Assembly (NCBI GenBank): GCA_905233685.1
Contig: CAJOEZ010000011.1
Location: forward strand, 8,040-72,039
DNA from: an uncultured Bacteroidales bacterium
GTDB taxonomy: Bacteria > Bacteroidota > Bacteroidia > Bacteroidales > F082
Direction of reading: 5' to 3'
DNA: 64,000 nt
The notes under the pieces are model-generated. The model was not told the origin of the DNA. It saw nothing but the letters and a program-made list of their open reading frames with translations, and ran no database searches. Numbering within the stretch: the stretch's first letter is position 1; each line of letters opens with the position of its first letter. This document shows, one piece after another, positions 56,852 through 64,000 of this stretch. Made by a program: the position numbers and the translations under genes.

Positions 56852-59248
56852 ATGCTCAAAAAACACATTTTTACCCTCTCGCTTGCCACTATAATGGCGG
56901 CAAACCTTCACGCACAAGTCGCCGCTGATGGCGTGAATTACGACACCACAAAGTACGAAATACTTAACGAGGTGGTAGTCAGCGGCGTGCGCGTCCAGAA
57001 CGACGCCCCGTTTGCCGTCACCAACATCAAGAAAGTCGAACTCAGCGAGTTCTCGAAAACGGGACAGGAGCTGCCCTTCCTCTTCGCCAAAACACCCGGC
57101 ATCCTTGCCTGGAGTGAGAACGGCGTCGGCACGGGAACGTCCTACATGCGCATCCGTGGCTCCGGCGACTCGCGCATCAACGTCACCTTGGACGGCGTGT
57201 CGCTCAACTCGCCTGAAGACCAATGCGTGTTCTGGGCCAACATGAACAGCTATAGCTCGCTGCTCAGCTCGGTGCAAATCCAACGCGGCGTGGGCAGCTC
57301 CACCAACGGCGACGGTGCCTTCGGTGGAACCATCGCCTTGTCGACAGCAACGCCCTCTTATGTGCCAAGTGCCGAAATCACTGGGTCTTACGGCTCGTTC
57401 AACACACTTAATTTCGGCGTAAAAGCCTCCACGGGTATGCTCTGGAACCATCTCATCATCGATGGCGCTTACCACGAAACCCGCACCGACGGCTTCATCC
57501 ACGGCACCAAGGGACGCAGCGGTAGTTTCTATGGCGGCATCACCTATTATAATAAGAACTTCCAACTCCGCTATAAGAACATTGGCAACTTTGAGCGGAC
57601 TGGTCAGGCTTGGAACGGCGTGGTGGCGGGCAACAACGACCTAAGCCTCATGGACGGCACTTTTGGCACCCATACGGGCATCAAGACTTACGCTGACATG
57701 TACCGCGTGGGGTTGGGACAATACAACTCGCTTTACGAGTACCTCGTCACCGACGATGAGGGAAATTTTGTCCAAGACGAGAACGGCCACTACATGACCC
57801 AACGCTACCAAATGAACGACGGTAGCTATTGGGAAAGCACCACCGACAATTTTTGGCAAGACCATAACCTTCTTTCGGCAGCATGGGAAATCAACGAGCA
57901 CTGGGCCACGACAGCAACGCTGCATTACACCTACGGCTATGGATATTACGAAGAATTCCGCCCAAACAACAAGCTTTCGAAGTTCGGCATGACCTACACC
58001 TATCCCGACGGCACCGTGGTGAAAAAGACTGATTTCGTGCGCAAGAAAGGGCTCAGTCAAAACACTTATGGCCTGCTCTGGTACACCAAATACACTAATG
58101 AGAGATGGGATGTTATCGGCGGAGTTTCGGTGCAAAACTTCGACGGCAACCACTTCGGCTACGTCACTTACATCGCCAACCCCGATGTGGCCCAAAAATA
58201 CTTAGCCAACGGCGATTACCAGTATTACGACTCCGACGCCTCGAAATTCGACGCCAGCGCTTTCATCAAGGCGGCGTTCAACATCACCGAGTATTGGTCG
58301 GTTTTCGGCGACCTGCAATACCGCCATGTGAACTACCAGACCACCGGCATCAACGACAAGTTCTACGACGACGAGAGCGGCTATTACAACCAACCGCTTG
58401 ACATCCACGAGAAATACAACTTCTTCAACCCCAAGGCTGGTTTGTCGTGGCAAAGGAACGCTCACCATGCCTACGCCTCGGTCGCGATGAGCCACCGCGA
58501 GCCGGAACGCAACAACTTCACCGACAACGGTTCCTACCCTTATCCCGTTCCAGAGCAACTCATTGATTATGAATTGGGTTACGAATTCAACAATCAGACG
58601 CTGTTGCTCGGTGCAAACCTGTATTACATGGACTACAAAAACCAGTTTGTGCAGACGGGCGAAATCAGTGACATCGGCGAAGCCCTGACCACCAACATCA
58701 AGAAATCCTACCGCATGGGTGTGGAGTTGCAAGCCGGAATAAACGCCACGAAATGGCTCACTATCGAGGTCAATGCGGCTCTAAGCCAAAATAAAATCAA
58801 GGACTTCGACGAGGTAGTTGAGGATTGGGACAGCGAAACGGGTTATACCACCTTCCATTACGACAACTCAACCTTGGCCTTCTCGCCTTCAACGATTCTG
58901 AATGGCTTCGTCACCTTCCACCACAAGGGATTCTCAGCGATCTGGCACACCAACTTTGTTTCGCGCATGTACCTTGATAACACACAGAACCTCGACCGCT
59001 CGCTGCCGGCCTACAGCGTCTCAAACGTCAGCCTCGGCTATAGTTTAAAGCCCAAAAAAGTCCTCAAGGAAGCCGCTTTCAAGGTGAACTTCAGCAACAT
59101 CTTCAACAAGCGCTACGCCGCCAATGGCTGGGTCTATTCGGCCATTTGCGAAAGCTACGGCCACTCCAACGATAATCGTTACTATCAAATCGGCTTCATG
59201 CCGATGGCGGGATTCACTGTCTTGGGGAATTTGACGCTAAAGTTTTGA
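56852..59248 (+). CDS. TonB-dependent outer-membrane receptor (riboswitch context suggests thiamine or a precursor)
   Basis: Signal peptide, plug region (NEVVVSGVR...FAVTNIK...RGSGDSRINVTLDGV), large beta-barrel ending ...GFTVLGNLTLKF. Confidence 0.85.
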   Translation: MLKKHIFTLSLATIMAANLHAQVAADGVNYDTTKYEILNEVVVSGVRVQNDAPFAVTNIKKVELSEFSKTGQELPFLFAKTPGILAWSENGVGTGTSYMRIRGSGDSRINVTLDGVSLNSPEDQCVFWANMNSYSSLLSSVQIQRGVGSSTNGDGAFGGTIALSTATPSYVPSAEITGSYGSFNTLNFGVKASTGMLWNHLIIDGAYHETRTDGFIHGTKGRSGSFYGGITYYNKNFQLRYKNIGNFERTGQAWNGVVAGNNDLSLMDGTFGTHTGIKTYADMYRVGLGQYNSLYEYLVTDDEGNFVQDENGHYMTQRYQMNDGSYWESTTDNFWQDHNLLSAAWEINEHWATTATLHYTYGYGYYEEFRPNNKLSKFGMTYTYPDGTVVKKTDFVRKKGLSQNTYGLLWYTKYTNERWDVIGGVSVQNFDGNHFGYVTYIANPDVAQKYLANGDYQYYDSDASKFDASAFIKAAFNITEYWSVFGDLQYRHVNYQTTGINDKFYDDESGYYNQPLDIHEKYNFFNPKAGLSWQRNAHHAYASVAMSHREPERNNFTDNGSYPYPVPEQLIDYELGYEFNNQTLLLGANLYYMDYKNQFVQTGEISDIGEALTTNIKKSYRMGVELQAGINATKWLTIEVNAALSQNKIKDFDEVVEDWDSETGYTTFHYDNSTLAFSPSTILNGFVTFHHKGFSAIWHTNFVSRMYLDNTQNLDRSLPAYSVSNVSLGYSLKPKKVLKEAAFKVNFSNIFNKRYAANGWVYSAICESYGHSNDNRYYQIGFMPMAGFTVLGNLTLKF

Positions 59249-59263
59249 GAATTTGGTAATAAG

Positions 59264-60295
59264 CTAAAACTCAACCATTAGCTCTTTCAGTTTGCCCACA
59301 AACTGCTCAATGTCCTCCTCCGTCGTGTCAAACGCGCACATCCAGCGGACGATGTCGGCATCCTCGTCCCAGTCGTAGAAGAAATAGTGGTTTTGCAGTT
59401 CTTTCCAGACCTTGCGTGGCAGCTGGGCGAACACGCCATTGGCCTGTACGGGATAAACGACTTTTACGCCGGGGATGTCCTTCACGGCTTTGTAGAGCAG
59501 TTGCGCCATGTGGTTGCTGTGCTCGGCGTTGCGCTTCCAAAGGTCGTTTTCGAAATAGGCGTCAAACTGGGCCGCGATAAACCGCATCTTCGAGCAAAGC
59601 TGCATGGCTTGCTTGCGGCGGTACTTGAATTCGGGGCAAAGATTGGGATTCAGCAGTACAACCGCCTCACCCATCATCAGGCCGTTTTTGGTGCCACCGA
59701 AGGAAACGGCATCGACCCCAAGGTCGGTGGTCATCTCCTTGAAGGTGCAGCCTAAAGCCACGGCGGCATTGCCCAAACGCGCCCCGTCGATGTGGACGTA
59801 CATGTTGTATTCACGCGCCAAACCCACGATGGACTTGATTTCGTCCAAAGTGTATAAAGTGCCCAACTCCGTCGGCTGCGTGATGGAAATCACTTTGGGC
59901 TGCGAATGGTGCTCGAAGCCAAAGCCGTGCAAGCGGGTTTTTATCAACTCGGGGGTTAGTTTGCCGTCGGGCGTAGCCACCGTCAGCAGACGACAACCCA
60001 CGATGCGCTGTGGAGCGCCACATTCGTCCACATTGATGTGAGCACTTTCAGCGCAGATCACGGCCTCATGCGAGCGCGTCATGGCGTCGATGCAAAGAGT
60101 GTTGCAGCCCGTGCCGTTGAAGGCAAAAAACACGCGAGCCTGTTCGCCAAACTGTTCACGGAATTTCGCCTCCGTCGCGGCGCAATATTCATCATCGCCG
60201 TAGGCCACAGCGTGGTCCTTGTTCACGCGGGCGATGGCTTCCAAAACCTCGGGACACATGCCCGAATGGTTGTCGCTTCCAAATCCTCGTTTCAT
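59264..60295 (-). CDS. ltaE: Low-specificity threonine aldolase family PLP enzyme
   Basis: FGSDNHSGMCPEVLEAI N-terminus, GTKNGLMMGEAV (Lys-PLP region). Confidence 0.75.
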   Translation of the reverse strand: MKRGFGSDNHSGMCPEVLEAIARVNKDHAVAYGDDEYCAATEAKFREQFGEQARVFFAFNGTGCNTLCIDAMTRSHEAVICAESAHINVDECGAPQRIVGCRLLTVATPDGKLTPELIKTRLHGFGFEHHSQPKVISITQPTELGTLYTLDEIKSIVGLAREYNMYVHIDGARLGNAAVALGCTFKEMTTDLGVDAVSFGGTKNGLMMGEAVVLLNPNLCPEFKYRRKQAMQLCSKMRFIAAQFDAYFENDLWKRNAEHSNHMAQLLYKAVKDIPGVKVVYPVQANGVFAQLPRKVWKELQNHYFFYDWDEDADIVRWMCAFDTTEEDIEQFVGKLKELMVEF

Positions 60296-60300
60296 TGTAA

Positions 60301-60340
60301 GTTGTTCAGTTGTTCAGTTAGTCAGTTGTTCAGTTGATGC
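60301..60340. repeat. Five tandem 8-nt units (GTTGTTCA-type) in the ltaE leader
   Basis: gttgttca gttgttca gttagtca gttgttca gttgatgc, lying between the TACATTTG -7 box and ATG 60295 (minus strand reads CAACTGAA units). Confidence 0.8.
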
Positions 60341-60347
60341 GAGATTG

Positions 60348-60355
60348 CAAATGTA
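60348..60355 (-). promoter_or_regulatory. -7 promoter box TACATTTG for ltaE
   Basis: Reverse complement of caaatgta; 53 nt upstream of ATG 60295. Confidence 0.45.
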
Positions 60356-60367
60356 GCCATTTTGTAT

Positions 60368-60838
60368 TTACACAAGCGTGTCTTTTCCGTCCAAAACGGC
60401 ACTTTTCAGCGTGTCATATTCGTATGTGAGTTTCAGCGAGAAAAAAGGCCGTTTCTCATCGATGAGGCGGAGGAAAATCTTGTCGCCTTCCCACATGGTG
60501 AGTTCCAAAAGGCGCTGTTTCTCAATCCATTCGAGGTCGCCCTCATTGCAGACGATTTGCTCGCCAGTCCAGTCAGTGCAAACGAAAATGTGCATGTGTT
60601 CGTCCTCGTAGACGTTGTGCACGAAGGTAACGATACCGCAGTAGCGCCATTGTGTCACAGTGAAGCCCGTTTCCTCCCACACCTCGCGCAGCATACAGTC
60701 CTCTGGACTCTCACCTTCTTCGAACTTGCCGCCTACGCCAAGCCATTTGTCGTGGTTGAGGTCGTTTTCTTTCTTGGTGCGGTGCAGCATGAGGTATTGG
60801 CTGCCGCGTTCCAAATAGCATAGTGTTGTTTGTTTCAT
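60368..60838 (-). CDS. NUDIX hydrolase (MutT-like)
   Basis: Nudix box GVGGKFEEGESPEDCMLREVWEETG. Confidence 0.8.
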   Translation of the reverse strand: MKQTTLCYLERGSQYLMLHRTKKENDLNHDKWLGVGGKFEEGESPEDCMLREVWEETGFTVTQWRYCGIVTFVHNVYEDEHMHIFVCTDWTGEQIVCNEGDLEWIEKQRLLELTMWEGDKIFLRLIDEKRPFFSLKLTYEYDTLKSAVLDGKDTLV

Positions 60839-60950
60839 GCTCCAAAAATACGGGATTTTTCAATATGATGGATTTTCCGTAATATTTTTGAAAAAAAACA
60901 TTTGTTTCTTGCAAGTTAATAGACAATTGTCTATCTTTGGAGCGTCATTG

Positions 60951-61034
60951 TTTCAGGTTCCTCGCCACCTTACACAAGACGTTAAATGGAACCTGCTAAA
61001 AAGCATCGAGGAACAATCGGGGGTCAAGCTCTGA
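60951..61034 (+). pseudogene. C-terminal relic of a HicA-type toxin gene
   Basis: Translates FQVPRHLTQDVKWNLLKSIEEQSGVKL*, resembling the HicA C-terminus (vP.H...l..gtl.sIlkqaGl). No HicA-like N-terminal half and no ATG follows the TATCTTTG box at 60932..60939. Confidence 0.4.
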
Positions 61035-61063
61035 TTCCCTATAAAAAACGAAGGAGGAAAAAA

Positions 61064-61453
61064 ATGGAAAAAGTGACAGTTATTATCGAAATGAGCAACG
61101 ATGGCAGCTATACCGCTGTGCCGCAACACAACTACAAGATTGGTTTTTTCGGTCAAGGCAACACTGTTGATGAAGCCATTATCGACCTTAACAATTCTTT
61201 TTGCGAGGCCAAGGAAATCATGCCGGAACTTCCGACAATGGAATGGGAACTAAAATTCGACACGGCAAGTTTCCTTCAATTCTACAGTAACCGTCTGAGC
61301 CTTGCTGGACTGCAAACCATCACTGGCATCAACCGCAAGCAATTGAGCCATTATGTTACTGGGCACAGCCGTCCTTCAGCGGCCACCGTTCAGAAAATAC
61401 AAGCGGGAATCAACAATTTCTCGCAGCAACTTGGCCGCGTCTGTTTGATTTGA
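61064..61453 (+). CDS. HicB-like antitoxin with C-terminal HTH
   Basis: MEKVTVIIEMSNDGSYTAVPQHNYKIGFFGQGNTVDEAIIDLNNSF (HicB fold pattern) and TGINRKQLSHYVTGHSRPSAATVQKIQAGI (XRE-like HTH). Confidence 0.6.
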   Translation: MEKVTVIIEMSNDGSYTAVPQHNYKIGFFGQGNTVDEAIIDLNNSFCEAKEIMPELPTMEWELKFDTASFLQFYSNRLSLAGLQTITGINRKQLSHYVTGHSRPSAATVQKIQAGINNFSQQLGRVCLI

Positions 61454-61502
61454 CAACTTCAGTCGTGTGGTCGCAAGCCCACGCCTTCACTGGTACGGAC
61501 TT

Positions 61503-62771
61503 TTGTATCTTTGCTCTTTGAAACAACAACGGGTCAACTTGGAATGATTACACTTTTGTTGTGAATTGCTTGCATTTATCTTGTATCTTTGCTCTTTGAA
61601 ACAACATTTCGCGGAGCGTTTTCGCCGCTATAACCGTTGTGAATTGCTTGCATTTATCTTGTATCTTTGCTCTTTGAAACAACAAGGTGGTCTTGCCCGT
61701 GCCGACGAAGCCGGTTGTGAATTGCTTGCATTTATCTTGTATCTTTGCTCTTTGAAACAACAACAACGACCCGACCCGCTGGCGTTTCTAGTTGTGAATT
61801 GCTTGCATTTATCTTGTATCTTTGCTCTTTGAAACAACACGCCCGTGACGAACACAAGTTCTTCGATGTTGTGAATTGCTTGCATTTATCTTGTATCTTT
61901 GCTCTTTGAAACAACTGGTACAAAGCACTATCACGATACCCGTAGTTGTGAATTGCTTGCATTTATCTTGTATCTTTGCTCTTTGAAACAACAACCAATA
62001 AAAACACAACACAATGTCAGCAGTTGTGAATTGCTTGCATTTATCTTGTATCTTTGCTCTTTGAAACAACAAAATTCCCTACCTTTGCCGCTGAAAATCA
62101 GTTGTGAATTGCTTGCATTTATCTTGTATCTTTGCTCTTTGAAACAACTTGGAGAAGGCCGAGTACGACAAGAGCGTGGTTGTGAATTGCTTGCATTTAT
62201 CTTGTATCTTTGCTCTTTGAAACAACATTCTTGTTCGTTGATGTTTGACGCTGCAAGTTGTGAATTGCTTGCATTTATCTTGTATCTTTGCTCTTTGAAA
62301 CAACAGGCTGTCCGAGGAAAATCAATTGTGTTCGGTTGTGAATTGCTTGCATTTATCTTGTATCTTTGCTCTTTGAAACAACTTACCTTGAATCAAATTA
62401 TGATTCTTAACAGTTGTGAATTGCTTGCATTTATCTTGTATCTTTGCTCTTTGAAACAACTAGCATTAATCGATAAAGACATCATCAGTGGTTGTGAATT
62501 GCTTGCATTTATCTTGTATCTTTGCTCTTTGAAACAACGCAGAACCTTGATTGGCAGCACTATTTTGGGTTGTGAATTGCTTGCATTTATCTTGTATCTT
62601 TGCTCTTTGAAACAACGCATCATATTACTTAATTTACAAGATGTCAGTTGTGAATTGCTTGCATTTATCTTGTATCTTTGCTCTTTGAAACAACGGTGCG
62701 ATGAAAGACCTTGGCGACCCGCCGTTGTGAATTGCTTGCATTTATCTTGTATCTTTGCTCTTTGAAACAAC
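61503..62771 (+). CRISPR. CRISPR array, type II-C-like 48-nt repeats, 16 spacers
   Basis: 16 apparently identical repeats GTTGTGAATTGCTTGCATTTATCTTGTATCTTTGCTCTTTGAAACAAC start at 61558, 61636, 61714, 61791, 61868, 61945, 62023, 62101, 62179, 62257, 62335, 62413, 62491, 62569, 62647, 62724. A 5'-truncated copy (last 25 nt only) lies at 61503..61527. Spacers are 29-30 nt and all different. Strand is assigned from the GTTGT... orientation by analogy with other type II repeats. Confidence 0.95.
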
Positions 62772-62817
62772 ACGATATGTGTAACAAAAAGAGCCACAAC
62801 ATTTTATAAGTTGTTTC

Positions 62818-62860
62818 AGAAAAGAAAAATCCAGCTCGTTTGAGTTGGATTTTTCTTTCT
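62818..62860. terminator. Long hairpin between the CRISPR array and cas2, candidate bidirectional terminator
   Basis: agaaaagaaaaatccagctc - gttt - gagttggatttttctttct (19-20-bp stem, T-rich distal arm on both strands), 19 nt downstream of the cas2 stop. Confidence 0.6.
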
Positions 62861-62878
62861 ATGACCAATTTTTCCGAT

Positions 62879-64000
<1,122 letters not shown>

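Noticed and set aside
61528-62723. Self-targeting CRISPR spacers against genes in this window
   Set aside because: Reading the 16 spacers by eye against the window revealed no match. I cannot do an exhaustive search by hand, so this is not claimed either way.
61548-62797. ORFs of 72-288 aa running through the CRISPR array on both strands (repeating CELLAFILYLCSLKQ / FQRAKIQDKCKQFTT)
   Set aside because: The periodic peptide is just the translated 48-nt repeat. These are an artefact of the array.
62810-62860. Possible tracrRNA between the array and cas2
   Set aside because: Complementarity is limited to about 9-11 nt against the repeat 3' end (not the 5' part kept in mature crRNAs), and the candidate anti-repeat is itself buried in the hairpin arm. 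I found no sequence resembling the complement of GTTGTGAATTGCTTGCATTT in the window, so tracrRNA is expected near cas9 beyond position 64000.

Overview
This 64-kb segment looks like a Bacteroidota (Bacteroidales-like) chromosome. TAnnTTTG -7 promoter boxes sit 20-60 nt upstream of many start codons. At least two proteins end in T9SS-type C-terminal sorting domains, a TonB-dependent receptor follows a TPP riboswitch, and the CRISPR repeats are 48 nt and type II-C-like.

Layout:
(i) 1-5.8 kb is a patchy accessory stretch. It holds a Sel1/WG-repeat protein running off the left edge (missing from the ORF track), vapBC, and a YbaK-type deacylase plus a diverged 3' relic of a second copy. It also holds an AT-rich orphan gene, 72-nt direct repeats carrying a conserved 20-codon sORF, and a ~136-nt structured element.
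(ii) 5.8-27.2 kb is mostly core genes. These include an M6 metalloprotease with a T9SS domain and a tightly packed minus-strand cluster (GH3/beta-lactamase fusion, TlpA-like protein, rnhB, membrane protein, purD, glycosyltransferase, ahcY). Two lipoproteins, an SPFH protein and a TolC/adaptor/RND efflux operon with a PG0541-like small protein follow.
(iii) 27.2-37.9 kb is a compositionally mosaic defence/accessory island. It starts with an internally deleted EEP pseudogene and has two AAA+DUF4143-type ATPases, each with a direct-repeat array upstream. It also carries an 818-aa N6-adenine methyltransferase with an N-terminal PD-ExK-like motif and an AT-rich internal module, a truncated higA-like ORF, two small unknown ORFs, a GmrSD-type DUF262/DUF1524 enzyme, a canonical sirtuin and a Fic protein.
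(iv) 37.9-60.8 kb is mostly core: M15 peptidase, MATE, choice-of-anchor-L T9SS protein, nnr, YD-repeat-like protein, RelE-type TA pair, HAD, tex, C10 peptidase, rimM, TPP riboswitch plus TonB receptor, threonine aldolase, NUDIX.
(v) 60.9-64.0 kb holds a hicA relic/hicB, a CRISPR array of 16 repeats plus one truncated repeat, cas2, and cas1 (5' end outside the window).

I saw no rRNA or tRNA genes.

Most interesting observations: every CRISPR repeat carries a perfect Bacteroidetes -7 promoter octamer, and the truncated terminal repeat keeps exactly that half. The methyltransferase has a sharply AT-rich module starting just after NPPY. Repeat arrays and relic sequences surround the two DUF4143 ATPases. 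The 72-nt sORF-bearing repeats bracket the vapBC-ybaK segment.

All product calls rest on motif recognition from memory. No database searches or structure predictions were run, and the few G+C values given are hand counts on short samples.
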